Of a stretch of DNA of 64,000 bases, positions 21,681-35,793 are shown in pieces. This DNA comes from Marsupella aquatica. Lineage: Eukaryota > Plantae > Marchantiophyta. The notes beneath the pieces are model-generated. The model saw only the letters and a program-made list of their open reading frames with translations, had not been told where the DNA came from and made no database searches. Both the position numbers and the translations under genes were made by a program. The DNA lies in the NCBI GenBank assembly GCA_973895155.1, contig OZ316897.1, forward strand, positions 19,354,168 through 19,418,167, written 5' to 3'. The first letter of the stretch is position 1, and each line of letters opens with the position of its first letter.

Positions 21681-23772
21681 ATAGCTTGGGGGTTCTTGAA
21701 GGGAGAAACTTATTTGTGGAGTGGGTCAAAGTGGAGTGGGGGCTTCTTGAGTCAAAGGGAGAGTGATCACCCGTGCACAGAATGAAGACTCCTAGCTGTG
21801 CGTGCCATCAGCACGGAGTTAGTAGAAACATTACATTCACTGTGGTGCTCTAATTTACAAGAGGACCTGGCTTTAGAACTGGGTTTTGGTATTGTTATAG
21901 TGGGAAGTTGTATTGGACCTTATCCATCAAGAAGTTTCTAGAGGGTCAAAATGGACTTGGTTGGGATAGAGTAAAATGGGCATTTTCTAAAAGTGGGTTT
22001 TTGAATGGGATTGAGTAAAGTGAGCATTTTTGAAAAGTGAATTTTGCTCAAAGTCAGATTTTTTTTCTCGTTGAAATAGGACTCTTTTTGGTTAACAAAG
22101 CTATTTTGTCTGAGTAAAGATTACAAGAAATTGCCTGGCTAGACACAAATTTTTAATGGACTCCCAGAACTCCTATAGATCCAAACATAAAATTGCACTC
22201 CCATAACACTGTTTATAGTTTTTCAACAATGCTTTGCACCTGTTTTATAACACTATGGTTTGATTGAAGGGGTCTATCCAAGTCTCCAAGTCTCCTCATG
22301 CCTATGGGGGCTTCTCTTTTGGGTATGGAGGGTTTATGTGTACAAAGCCTAGAAAATGGAAAGATATAATCTTAACTGCAGGGGGCCGATAGAAAAGTGG
22401 AATTAGACAACATTAACTCTGGGTGGGTCAATAGAAAATTAGAATTAGATGACTCTTAAGCACTATAATTGGAAAATGTGTTGATGTATAGAAAGTGGAA
22501 TTTACCTTAGCTTTAACTGTAGGTAGACCAATAGAAAATGTGTTGATGTATGGAAAACTGGAATTAGATGGCTCTAAGCACTAGAACTGGAAAAGGTGCA
22601 AAAAGGTGCTTAGCCCCAATGTCCCACTGTTTTATGATTTGCTGACTATCAACCGACTTTGTCAGTGCCATATTTTTTTCGACCCCCTCAATATTCCTGC
22701 TCCCATTATCGTCGCGTTCCGAGTCACTGTCGTGCCAAATGCCAATCCTGTGGTTCATGCAGTGGGGAAATATGTGGGTCTACCACTCATTATCTTGCAA
22801 AAGTGAGGTGACATTATCTTGTGGTACAGTGCTGACGGTTTCTCTGAACACACTGATGGGCGAACTTTTGCAGCCATGAAAGTAAGCAAATGAGGGCCAC
22901 CTAGAGGAAGAGCCCCTCATCTACAGGGCACCATTCTCACAATCTCAACCAAGTGTCGAGATTATTAATTGGAATGGAAAAGTCTAAAACTGCAGAATCC
23001 TCACCTCAGCTGAGTTTCGTGAATTAAAAATCCTCACCTCAGATAGAAAGAGATACTGAATACGAGGAAGATGCCGTTTGACATGAAGGAGCCCGCTGTA
23101 AAGTGGTCTGCATCTAATCATTTATCAAGAAGCCCCAGCCCAAAGGTGGAAGACATTGCCACTCATATCTCAGATTCCCGATTAGCCATTCTAGTTGACA
23201 CAAACCCCTTGGCCAAGAAAGGTCTGTCAGTGGTCGAAGCTTCAAGACGAATTCATTAGAAAATCATGGCCTTTTGAGGAGACAGCTGTGATAACAATCA
23301 AGCTGATTTGCTGTAGCTCCAGAAACTTTTCAAGGAAATCTTCAACTTCCATCCCTTTCGAGGGTATCGCACATGTCAATCTCCAAACTCTCAAGACTTC
23401 CCCATGTAGCAGATGGGCGTCTATTTTCTTCGTTCCAGAGTAGAGAGCTACCTCACACAATTAAGTGGGCTTCTTTACAAGACCCGAAACAATGTGTCCA
23501 ACCTATCCGACTTACTAATTAAGTTCTACTATGTCATGTCTCCCAGATAATAGAGTAGAGGATTCCTTGTTGATATGACCCAAATCGCGGGGCACACTTT
23601 TGTACGAGGACGTTACAAAGTACTTCTGTATGGGTTTGGTTTTCCCAATATCTACATGTGTCCGATGGCAGCTGACATATCTGGTCACCTTTCTCGTCCA
23701 GTTAAGCCAGGATAATCCAATTGAGACAACCGAACTTGAGACCATATCGTATAACTGCTGCAGGTAGGAAAC

Positions 23773-26700
23773 TCATTTCAGACTCCGAGGACTTCCAGGA
23801 ATGGAGTTGTTTGAGTCAGCTCTCATCAATCTCTGCTCAGTGAAAGACCCAAATCTACTAAGCTGTACGTCTTTTGCGGTTGCACTAGTTCTGGTGTGAG
23901 TGTGAGCTGCAGCATATGGAGCATCACCAGCTGCACATGGAACAACAGCAAATTAGGACTGGGCTGATTACACAAATGAGTGTCCGTCTATTTGAGTCGG
24001 AGTACGATTTGAACTGTTTTCCTAGTACTAGCCATCCGACGCTGGTTTGCTTCAGACAGTATCGTTGAAACTTGTATATCTAGACAGCTGTACGTTTTTC
24101 TCGATAGAACTAGTTCTGGCAGCCGCATAGGGGGCTTTAGGAGCTGCACAGACCACAAAATGTTGTAGCGAATTAGTAAAGTGTAATCAAACCGTATAGG
24201 ACTTTTCTTTTTCTCCGGCCTTGGGGGTTGTGGTTGTCGTGGGGACTGGACTAGACCATTCGTGTTAAATTCCCCAAGCGCGTGTATTGCTCATACGTCT
24301 ACCTTCGGCGCGGGTCTTGGGATGTTTTAAAAAATCTTAAAAATGCCTATCCTGGTCCTACGGCAGAAATTTCCTGTTCAGTACATAATGAAATCACTAT
24401 TTTGGGGAAAAGCCAAGTGGGAAAACACAGAAAAGGACTGGGTTTGTGGGCTTACCCATCAAGATCTTGTTCGCCCGGGAAATATTCTCTCTCCTCTTCC
24501 ACAATATATAGCCAACGCCAAAAACCAGAGCAAGTCCAAGCAGTACCCCTAGTACAATGCCAAGAATTGCGCCCGCTGACAACCGGCTACATGATCGCAG
24601 GCCCGGGATTCCACAGAGACCTGGATTTCCCAGAAAACTGTATAAGACAAAACAAGAAGAATTGTTAGCTGTATACTGAGAGCTCAATCTTTGGATGAGC
24701 AGGGCCGGATTGAAGTCCTGTAGAGAAAAGGTCGAAGTTCGCCTGTGCAACTAGCAGCAGTGTTTACTGTTGCCAAGGGTAGTGCAGAACAAGCAGAGTT
24801 TCGAAGTCCTTCCTTCTATTGGTAGCCTGACTAAGGGTGTGCACAGCTTACCATGTCCAGGTCCCAAATAGGAGGAAATAGGGGGAGAGGGCAAGTAGAA
24901 CAGGGAACAAAAAACACCAACGGGTGTCCAGCTTCATCCAGGATGAGTTAGAGGGTTAAATTAGGAATGTCAAGATATCCAAAGCATGCCCAAAATAAGA
25001 ACTCGAAATTCCATAATTGAGACGAGTAAGGATGTAGGCCATACTTGACGCTTACTCCCCGCACCGGCCCAGCAGCAAGAGCAGGAGGAACTCTTCCAGT
25101 TAGTTGATTATTGTTCAGATATCTGAAAACACCGAAAAGCCACTAAAGAATAAGGTCCACAGGAACCTTTGTCTATTATAGTCTCGTGTAGGCATGAACT
25201 CCTTTTATCTGTAACTGACCAAAAGATTCAATAGTTACAAGAGCGTTCAGATATATATGATCAAATCCTAAGTCCAGATTAGGTGAAGTCAAAAATCTTC
25301 AAAGTGCGTTGAACAAAAGACGGCTATCACCGCTTACAATTCAGTAAGCTCGGGTAGGGTTCCAAGACTTTCTGGGATTGAGCCATTCAATTGATTGTTG
25401 GAAAGATCACTGCGTGTGCAACAAAAAACAGTAAGACATGCAACCATAGGTCATTCCACAAGCTACATGAAATGTGGCTGGAAGTCTAAATCTCCACAGG
25501 ACGCAAAATGAAAAAATCTATGCAGAGATCTTGGGAAACAGCTGATCCAAATCATGTTCTCAACCCTTTGTCTACGACTACAGACTTGATCGTTTCATTC
25601 GGTAGCAATTCTCCAAACTCGATAAGAAAATATCTTATCCAGCTCGCAAGTATGCCAATCTTAATTCATCACCATTTCCTCGAAAGTGCAATTTCAGTAA
25701 GCTGGATGGCCGTTGGGTGCTTACAGAATGGTGAGACTGGTAAGGTTGCCGAGGGAGGCAGGTATCGGGCCTTGGAGAAAGTTGTTCTTCATAATTCTGC
25801 AACAACAAATTGGACCGTAACTAAACGTTTCGCATTACTGATAACTATCACTCTCAATTCTTATCGTTAAGAGACAATTAAGACAATGCGCTCCATTTTT
25901 AGATGCTACGTTCTAAAGTTTCTAAAGTTTGAAAACGATACTCGGGCGCAAAGCACAAGGTTAAACGTATGTGCTCGTCAACTCCCGGTATGGAAGACAC
26001 TCTCCCCTTGGTATGGGAATTAGATCGTTTGCTGCAGAAGTTCTTTATTAGCTCTCGACTCTACGATCTCGTTCCCCGATTGGGTATTTGTTAACAAAAA
26101 CTTCAGTCGTCTATTTCTAATGTTACATTCTGTCGTGAAGGACACAAAAATAGGACAAAATGAAGAAGTTTTAAATGCAGATACCTAACAAATACAGCAG
26201 CATGGTTAGCCATGCAACAGACTCAGAACCCTATTATTTTCTAGAGGAGACATTTTGGATCTCTGGTAAAGAGAGCCCAAAAAACCTACAAAAAGTATGT
26301 GAGCTACTAGGTTCTTCAGTAATCCTCATTGTACAAAGTGGTAGCAGGCGCTGCTATTAGCAGGAAGAACAACTAATGAATAATTGAACTGTTAGTGCGG
26401 TTGATGGGTATCTCGGCATTTGACAAGCCCCCTTTTAGCACAAGCACAAAGAAATAATGGAGAGCTTACATATGGTCAATAGAAGTAAGTGAAGAAAAAT
26501 CATTGGTCATCACCCCCTTCAAACCTTCGAATTCAGCAACCCTGCGGGAGTTTTGAGAGGAACAAGAATAAGTATCTTAAAGACCATGATTCAATTTAGA
26601 TGCCATCTAGAAAATCTCCGCATCGATTATGAAGAATCAAGTAACAAGTTAATTAGATTAAGACGGCAACCATAGTTGAAGTTCCATTACAACAACTGGG

Positions 26701-29198
26701 GAGACTTAAGGATCCCATCCATGAAAGAACACTGGACAAGAAACGTCAAAACAAACTCAGTCATCTGGACTTTTGAACGTACTCTAGTCTAAGACACTCA
26801 TATGTACATCCGAACAGCAAGCAAACGAGAGAAAGTAAATAAATGGCAAATTATACGCAAGCATAACGCAAGGGTCACCCCATCTGCAACCTGGATGATT
26901 TGTGGTCCATACAATAGTCGAAATTAGCTTTCAACTTAACGTCACTTCAAGAATAAATTGACAAACTTGATTTTGACGAATATTCGAGGATTCCAAAAAG
27001 TAATCTCAGGTTCTTAGATCTTTGTGGTCGATCATGGACTTCAATGTGCATTGGGAATGTTAGGTTTGTGAAGTTGTATGTCATGGACAATGGTTGGACA
27101 CCGTACTAACACCGTCTGACAAATTTCGAACTCGAGACTGGGTCGTGAGCTCTTCAATCCAAAAGAAAGTCAAGTGCATTGATTTCGTGGAATGATCATT
27201 TTTCTAATTGATTCCTGTTCACATTCGTACCTCCACATTTGCCAACAGTAAAAAGCTCTCATTCCACGCGTTTCTTGGTTCCCGTTTCTACTATCCATAG
27301 ACGAAGAAAGCAAGCTGTGGAGACTTACAGTCCATCGATCAACCAAAGCTGCTGACCACGGTCAACCCTGCAATCGATGCCATTCCAAGGATGTTGTTGG
27401 GGGACACAGGGATCACCAATCCATCCCATACGTGCAGGAATGCCCAACTTTGGTCTAATAGCCTGCAATGCCCATACTGCCACACGCCAAGTAAAGGCAA
27501 ATGCCAGTCAAATGATAATTTCGCTAATCATGATTGCCAAAGTAAGAATACAAGTGCGACGAAGAAAATCGTAGAAAAAATTCAGTTCGATTCAAAGAGA
27601 TATTAGTGTGAGAGTCCAACCAAGCATTCACTCCTTTCCGTTGGCGAATGTCAAGTACAAAGTCCATCGGCACACAATCAGGCAGTACAACGAGGTTCAT
27701 CGATATTTAACTCAAATTCTCCTACAAAGGTTTGACTTGTGCTTTGAGGAAGAGAGACACCATGCTCATCTACATTCTTCAAGAGGCAAAAACATTCATA
27801 CCTGGCAACAACGTAGGCTTTGATAGAGTAAATACCTTCGTCACTTTGCGTGGGTAACTCGCGCTCCATGATCTGGTAGACTTCAATTGCACAGACCAAG
27901 ATATCACCGGTCACCGGCTCAAACCTAAGGGTCAAAGTCTTGCCATCTGCTAGTACAGTTCGATTGAGGACGACAGCAGCATTGGCACCTCCCGCCAGAG
28001 CCCAAATATCTACATTGTCAAAGAGACTTTGTTCGTTGTACAGAACATTGAAAATCCTCTGGCCAGCACCTGTCACCAGAGCCCCAATCTCGGCGAAGTG
28101 TAACCATATTGAGTAGTTTTGACTCGGCTCAATGTTAAAGGCATAAGAAACAGTTCCATTCCTCGTGGTGATAGTCGCACCTTGATAAATAGCCTCCGGG
28201 TAGAAATTTGGGGGAACATTGGTGTTCCTTATGCGCTCAGATGTCTCCACAGAGGAAACACCTATTCCCTGATATATGTAATCATCCTTCGACCAATAAC
28301 GATCTCCACCCCAGGGATCAGCCCCCAAGGAGGTTCCGTAAGCAGATTTTAGGGCACCACAGCTCACTCTGGCAGTCGCAATGAGAAGAAACTTATGGTT
28401 TTGAGGCCCATATCCTTGGTCATATGCATTCTCATACAATTGCATTATCTCGAGAGTAACCACAGCTGGGTCCCCGTGGCCTGTGCTGTGGAAGCAGGCC
28501 ATAGCTGCCTCGTCATCGATGTATACCAAGGCATCGGCATACCTGGTGTCATCCCTGCTGCTCCATCCGGGCTTAAGGGCGAAACCTAGTGTGCCCTCTA
28601 AGGAAACGTCAAACTGCGGTTCCCGGTCACCATTGTCCGCTTGCCCGTAGCCAAAAAAGAATCTGATGAGGTAGTGTCCACCGGGCACAGAAATGTTGTA
28701 ACAATTGTTTGGCCCATCAGCACTCGAAAAATAACGCAGATTCGCAAACCCCGATTGCGTTGCTAGCTCCGCAGTCAGGTTGCCCACACTCCCTCCCGAA
28801 TATCCATGATCCTTGCTCCATGAGTGCTCAGTCGTCGTGTAGTCTACAGAAGACCCGCAGCTGATGCGCACTGCGATGGGAGCTGCCACAGCCAAAAGAA
28901 CATTTCATTGACAGTTGTTCAGCTGGTTGATCTTTCTTCTTCCATTACTCATTTTAAAATTTTCTTATTTGAGTAGAGACATCAAACTCCATTCATTTTC
29001 TCAGCAGATACCAACGGCAATCCAATCCAATCCAATTCTTATTCTTATCTCTCTCATTTGCTTCTTACGTGCTTGTTAGAGTTACGTAAGAGGTAAGAGG
29101 GGCTCACAAGGTGCTTGGGCAGCTCCACCCGCCAGTGCCACAGCAACGATGACGACCAGCAGCACCGTCACACACGATCCTGGTGCAGGACCGCCCAT
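23773..29198 (-). CDS. RLP4: Malectin-like-domain LRR receptor-like protein (RLP4-like), no kinase domain
   Basis: Exons 29198-29108 (signal peptide), 28882-27836 (malectin-like: RISCG, LRYF..DG..NCY, DPWGGDRYW, WLHFAEI), 27476-27329 (GWIGDPCVPQQHPW), LRR exons 26541-26470, 25796-25725, 25409-25338 and 25122-25045, TM exon 24637-24456, last exon 24143-24052 or 23930-23773. All introns are GT-AG with consistent phases. Confidence 0.9.
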
Positions 29199-29859
29199 GG
29201 TCTCCAAACACCTTCACCTGTGATGTGGCAGTCTTCTCCGAAACGCAGCTTCAGATGCTCCAACTTACTGGGTCAACAATGACCTTCCACCGCCACTGGC
29301 GTACTTCTCAATCAAGCCTCCGCTGTCCTCACACACCAGCCCCAAACACAGCCGATTCATTCGTTTGCCTAGACGTCCAAGCCGCCCGTGCTCAGGGAAA
29401 TTCAAACGGGCCCCTTTCCAGTAAGATTATGCCTGTTTTCCCCTGTCCGTAGGTCCGAGACAGTCCATTCCAGCTGATCAGCTGATCAGCAAGAGTGGCT
29501 GTCAGTCGTCTGACCAAATCCAGAGTCGTACAATCATCCCAAAAGGGTTCGACGCAGAGGAATCCAACGTTATGAACGTACGTCTTCTTTCAAACACAGA
29601 AGCCACGATCTACCTGCACACGAAGCAAAGTTCAAGAGTGTAAACAAGCATTGTGTTTCTCTTTCACTCAGCTCAAGAACCAGTACAATTGCCAGTGCGG
29701 CCGAATCGAAGTACACCGAATTGACGAATCTGGCTGGGCACCCTGAGTTGGTGAAGAGTGAGCCACAAGTAAGTACTGTAGTCCCTTGCTGATAATCTTG
29801 GGTCAGCCCACTTCTACTCAGTCCACTAAGATCAGTATCGGGTCAGCCCAATCACACAG

Positions 29860-29972
29860 AATGTACATTCCACTCGCTTGTTATCTCAGACCACCACAAT
29901 GTACATTCCACTCGCTTGTTATCTCAGACCACCAGAATGTACATTCCACTCGCTTGTTATCTCAGACCACCA
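29860..29972. repeat. 38-bp tandem repeat x3
   Basis: AATGTACATTCCACTCGCTTGTTATCTCAGACCACCA at 29860, 29898 and 29936. Confidence 0.95.
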
Positions 29973-32521
29973 CCCACCCAGTCACATCGCCAACGGTACG
30001 AAGACACCGTGACCACCACCTACCTAGTCTCATCGCCAACGGTACGACGATACCGTGCTTGGAAAGAACTTACTAGGTTACCAGAATTCAATTCATCCCC
30101 CTCCCTAGCTCAGCACGCAGAAATGTCCTTCCAATATCAGAAATTTGTCCTCCTATATCAGAGAGGAGACTCCTACAGCTTATCACTCCATTGCGCAGCG
30201 CTTCTCCGGATTCATCTATCTCGGCAAGTTAATGTCAATCCATCCCACCAAAATTTATGGAATCGCAACTAACGAATGCCAAACAGGAAATCCTCGTCGT
30301 CCACGTTAAGATTCTTCCTGTACTTACTTCATTCGTTCATGCACCAGGTCTACAAACGGAATGCTGCAACGCCAAGCCAAGCCCGCTCGCAAAAGCTACT
30401 AGCTGCTGTACTTTCGTCGGTGGGAAACAGCATTTGTCCTACACTTGCAGAGCATCAGCAGCAGCAGACGAGTGTGAGTGACCATCCAGCGATCCACTCC
30501 TCACTCAGCGCTTCGAGCGAGCGGGAAAAAAACATCGACGAGGCTGCAGACAGCGCTCTCTTCGAAAACTCCCAAACGCAAAACCAATCAGATTCGATCT
30601 CTCATTCATTCAATCCCTCACGGACAGATCCAGCCCATGCGATGCGCATTCACGAGTCCGAACAATGCTGGTAAGAAAACTCACTCTCGACCACGAACTC
30701 AAGCCTCTTCACTGCCTTCGACTGATGACTACTAGTGTACTCTCTCTTTCTCACTCATGCCAACTCAAAGCCGCCTTCACTGCTAGTCTGTAGCTCGGTA
30801 TTCTGCAGAGCTGCTAGACAACTCAAGCTCCTTCACCGCCTTCGACTGATGACTGCTCTCTCTCTGTGTCTCTCTCATTACTTCACCGCTAATCTGCAGA
30901 GAGGTATTCTGAAGAGCTCCTTGAGGAGGAGACGAGAGGTCGACCATTCCGAAGAGACAGACGGTGGGGAACCAGCTGAGAGGATCCGGAAATCGAGGGG
31001 AACGGGAGCTAGAAAACAGAAGATTGTCGAGCACTTGGAGCGCACTACCGAAATCCGGAGACCATCATCTCATGCTGGCGGACAAACACGGCCTTTCCGC
31101 TGATTTCTTTTTCGGGTTTGGTGTCCAACGGAATGCTTTATTCACAACCTTCCGTTGCTTTTTGTCCACCAATTTACTAAAAGCGTTTTAGAATTTTGTG
31201 TCCAAATTAGAACCGCCTTTAAGGCCTTTTACTCTCCTTACTGCCAAACTTCTCGAAGTTGATTACTAATGTGTTTTCAAAAGTATTACTAATCATGAAG
31301 ATTAGTCTGAGTGCAGAGTTATACGGTACACTAGTCTTCACTGCAGTCAGTGAAGTGGAAGTGTTTACCACTGCAGCCGTCACCATTGGAGGAAGGTCTG
31401 CATTAGTTTGCGGTTTGCTCTCGAATGTGGAGCTCATGTCCAACTTAGTGGCAGAAAGCACAATTGCAAGAAAATAACAAGGAAGACAAGGAGGAGTTGA
31501 GTAAATCAAGCTAGTAGCATAAGGCTAATCAGGCTAGTAGTAGTTGGCATTCACAGACTGAAGTGGTAGCCTCATATGCCAAACTATCACTCGCATTTGG
31601 TGGGGATGCAACATGTTCTCACATTGGCCCTCCCATTTGGTGAGGAGGTGAGAAAGTCACCTAAGTTCACATCGTTACACGTGACATTGTCTCCCCAGTT
31701 GGTTGCCTCCAAATCTTGCTCCTTTAATTTTGCCACACATCCTTTTCCAAGTTAGTTTCCTCCAAATCTTGCTCCTCCAGTTTTCATCACACAATCAACA
31801 ACAAATTTATCAGCAACAATAGTTACAATCCATCATTCGTAATCGTCAGACTCACCTTTTTCAACACTAGCACATGTTGGTGGGCGCACACTCAGGGGGC
31901 AGGGGCCATCCCACCTCCATTGGCAGGGGAGGCCAAACAATCAACCCCATTTGGTGAAGATGCAATATTATCGTCCCAACTCACATTGGCCTTCCCATTT
32001 GGTGGGGATTCTAGAAAGTCACTAAAGTTCACATTGTCCAATGTGACATTGCCTCCCCAATTGGTTTGCCTCCAAATCTTGCCCTTTTGCCTCCAGTGAT
32101 GCTGCAACTTTAAATCTTTACTAGTCATCATGACATGTGTGCATCATCTTGACTTAGAAGTATTGTATTTCTACCAAAGCGATTGAATGTTCCATTGTCA
32201 AGAACTATTTCAGTTTTCAAGACCAAAGCATTTGTTCCATCGTCAAGACCTACTTCAATCTTGAAGACCAATTTACAACTAGTCAATTATTTATCTCATC
32301 TTTTGTGAACCAAGGTCAGAAAACCACAAAACTGATTATACAAGCTCTGTTGCACCATTTTCACATCAAGTCTTCCAAAATTGTGCCCACATGTACTTTC
32401 CTACCGTTTCTTGGCGCAAGGAGGTAGTACAGCTAGCTGTATCATCGGTAGCACCCATGTCAAATGTTAGATAATGATCAGAGTCTTATGCTTTACTAGG
32501 CTTGACGCATAATCTTTTCAA

Positions 32522-32605
32522 CTGAGCGGTCTATACTTACAATTGTTATGTACAGACTAGCCCCTGAGCGGTCTATACTTACAATTGTTATGTACAGACT
32601 AGCCC
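32522..32605. repeat. ~42-bp tandem duplication
   Basis: CTGAGCGGTCTATACTTACAATTGTTATGTACAGACTAGCCC occurs twice. Confidence 0.9.
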
Positions 32606-33330
32606 CATGCCTGTGCGTTGCACAAAAGATATTGAGGTGAGGAAAGGATGTCAAGGTGAAAAAATATGTTAATAAGAGCAAAAGATGTCAAGGTGAAGGA
32701 AAGAAATCAAGGTGCGAAAAAGATATCAAGGAGAGAAAAGAGTCTATGCGTTACACAAAAGATGTTGAGGTGAGAAAAGATATCGAGATGAGGAAATTAA
32801 AGACGTTGAGTTGAAAAAAGATGTCAAGGAGAGAGAAAAATGGCAAGGGTGAAGGAAAAATGTTGAGATATGATGAAGATATCAAGGTGAGAAAAAGATG
32901 GCGAGATGAGAAAAGATTTCAACACTGAGAAAAAGATGGTGTGATGTGATAAAGATGTCAAGGTGAGAAAAGACCTTGAGTAAAGAAAAAGATCTTGAGT
33001 AGATAAAAGATGCTCAGGTGAGATAAAGATGACAATGTGAGAAAGAGATTTGCTTCCAAGTAAGACCTTAAGACTATATATGGAAAATTTTGTAAGACAT
33101 TCATGATTAAAAACTATAGAGAATTTTGTCACATTGGGTGTGAAAATCTCATCATTTTGACACTATATTTATAAATATTTAGGTATATTTTTTAAATGTT
33201 TGGGAAGTTTAAAAACACTAAATTAATTTTTTTCTCCCTTTATCATCTTTTCCCACATTCTAATATTTGTTCCTATCCCAACTTTTATCTTTAATTTCTT
33301 TTGTTTTTCTTTTATTTCCCCTCCTCCCCT
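32598..33330 (+). repeat. Dispersed repeat family with an internal ~18-bp purine-rich array (copy 1)
   Basis: AAAAGATGTCAAGGTGAG-like units. The entry motif ACTAGCCC..TTGCACAAAAGAT is shared with 56520-56940 (minus), and CACAAAAGAT...GAGGTGAGG with 63640-64000. Confidence 0.8.
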
Positions 33331-34695
33331 TTTCTTGCTCCCGAGCAGTTTCTTTCTACTCTCCCCATCAATTGCATAACATTATATTTTTATGGGAGCA
33401 TAATAATTGGTTGTACATTCTAGTACAACACACATTCATGGTACTTTCAAGTACAATAGTCTCATGTGCATGTACTGTGGGCATGTGTAAGGTGTCTTTT
33501 GTCCTATGTGCATGTACTTTTGGCAAGTGTACCTTAAACATGCTACTACTCCTATTAGTGTTACTATACCTATTATTGTGAAACAAAAGAGATGATCATA
33601 TGGGTTTGTGTGCACCTGATGGTGGGAAATAAATAATCAATTCAATGGATGGTCATGATTGTTTCCCGCCATTTCTGATTTTCGTAAAGGGACGAAGGAC
33701 GAAAAGAGGCGGGATGCAGTATTATAGTTGTAGATGAGCACCCCTGAGGCTCTGTGTCTACCTATCAGACAATTACCAAAACTGATCAATGCCCTTCACT
33801 TAGCTATCCAGAGAAGGCTTATGTGGGCCCAAATGTTGTGCTTTGTCCAAAACAAGGTCCAAAGCCCAGTGCTTTGAGACAAAGTTGAATATCACTTAGA
33901 AAATAGGACATCCACAAGGAAGTACTAATGAGAACCTTGAGCTCTTTTTAAGGAAGACCACCCCCAGGCGTGCACAAGGTAGACATAACACTTAGCCGGA
34001 CTTGTTGATAAATAACACTCCAGCACCCTACTGTTGGTGCCATGTGGGAATTTGGTCCCTTGATATACATCTCTCTATTTAGAGAGTCAGCCCTGGCCCC
34101 TTGGTCAATATGTACATTTGGAATCACACTCACGTATTTTTAGGTTAGTAATATTAATGGAGCCCCCGCAATTGCACATTAACAATAGTCAGATTCTGTT
34201 TAAAGTACTTAGGAAATTAAATAGAATAATTTCAGTTTATCACGGTATGGCATGACATCATATACTACATTTACATCTTTTTGTTGCATAATGCACACAT
34301 ATATTGCCACCATTTTTTTTTCCTAAATTTATCAAATTGTCACTGATGTTGTCTATGGGTCAAGAAAAGTAACCCAGGTTAGCTCCAACAGGCACCCAAT
34401 TACAGATGTTTGTGTTCCCCCTGTCAAGATCCGATAACTTTGGATTTCCTCAGTCTCATCTTTGACCACCCTCAGGTCAGTTGGGCCAAAGGGTAGCCTG
34501 CCCCAAATCATACCCCTTCTCAGCCGTGCCCTATAGCCTGACTGCACCACGGGCTGCAACCAACGAACTGAACTTAAGGGCGTGAGGGGTTATGGGTTCC
34601 TTGGATATGAGACACCCTTGAGGAACTGAACTTAAGGGCGTGAACTTAAGTAGTGTTTTTTTCAAAAAGCTAAAAACTAATTATTTGAAGGTCAT

Positions 34696-34895
34696 TGTTA
34701 CGGAGCCAGTTGAGAGATAGGGAGAGCTTGTGCTATGAATGTTTGGTATGGCCGGTCGGCCTAGAGTGTAGTAAAGTTCTTGTGTGTTCTCGTGGATGTA
34801 GCCTCATGTGGAGGTGAACCACATATTTCTCTGTGTTGATACTTGTGTTTTGATGGTTCACGGGCTTGTTGTTGCGGTGTCGTCTATGCTCAACA
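34696..34895 (+). mobile_element. Copia-type LTR fragment
   Basis: TGTT...CAACA ends. Contains CGTGGATGTAG...GGTGAACCAC..TCTCTGTGT, a motif typical of plant Copia LTR R/U5 regions. No TSD. Confidence 0.5.
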
Positions 34896-35253
34896 AGATA
34901 TATCATAGTCATGAGTTTTCCCATACACATGATAAGTCACGGAGTTAGCGTCTAGAGGTTTCACTCTAGAAATCTTGGCCCTAACTCTAGCTTGTAGTAA
35001 ATAAGATGTAAACTCATAATCATGGATGCTTTTTGTCATGTTTTTTATTTATATTAAAAAATTGGCTCTATGGCCTCACCATAACATATGTGTATAGAAA
35101 GAGGGATGTGCATAGAAAAATGTATGGTTTGTTATGTATTATTATTAAAATGATGACATGATATTTTTTTATCATTTCATTGCCTTCAAAAAATAAAAAT
35201 ATGAATTAAGGAATACATTTTGGCCACATTTTTATAGCACTCTATTCACTTTG

Positions 35254-35793
35254 AAAGTGGGCTAGTATATAAGTAAGAAAAACCCCTTAGGGCCATGGTT
35301 ACACTAAACAATACCCTCGCTAACACCCTCGCTAATACACTAAAAGTAGGCTAGTATATAAGTTAGAAAAACCCCTTAGGGCCATGGTTACCCTAAACAA
35401 CACCCTCGCTAACACCCTCGCTAGTACACTAAAAGTGGGCTAGTATATAAGTAAGAAAAACCCCTTAGGGCCATGGTTACCCTGAACAACACCCTCGCTA
35501 ATACCCTCGCTAACACCCTCGCTAATACACTAAAAGTGGGCTAGTATATAAGTAAGAAAAACCCCTTAGGGCCATGGTTACCCTAAACAACACCCTCGCT
35601 AACACCCTCGCTAGTACACTAAAAGTGGGCTAGTATATAAGTAAGAAAAACCCCTTAGGGCCATGGTTACCCTGAACAACATCCTCGCTAACACCCTCGC
35701 TAATACACTAAAAGTGGGCTAGTATATAAGTAAGAAAAACCCCTTAGGGCCATGGTTACCCTAAACAACACCCTCGCTAACACACTAAAAGTG
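35254..35793. repeat. Young 89-bp minisatellite, 6 copies, with a variable 12-bp sub-repeat
   Basis: Units start at 35254, 35343, 35432, 35533, 35622 and 35711 (89, 89, 101, 89, 89, 77 bp). Length differences equal 1-3 copies of AACACCCTCGCT. Confidence 0.97.

Noticed and set aside
22564-23745. Short ORFs downstream of the RLP gene, and the many 60-130-aa ORFs antisense to real genes
   Set aside because: No recognisable domains or splice-consistent structure. These are expected by chance or as shadows of coding strands.
24230-24360. Possible third alternative last exon of the RLP gene
   Set aside because: The candidate acceptor leads to a stop after 3 codons and similarity to the other two tails is negligible.
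35254-35793. Regularly spaced repeats resembling a CRISPR array
   Set aside because: Whole units repeat with no unique spacers, the context is eukaryotic, and there are no cas genes.
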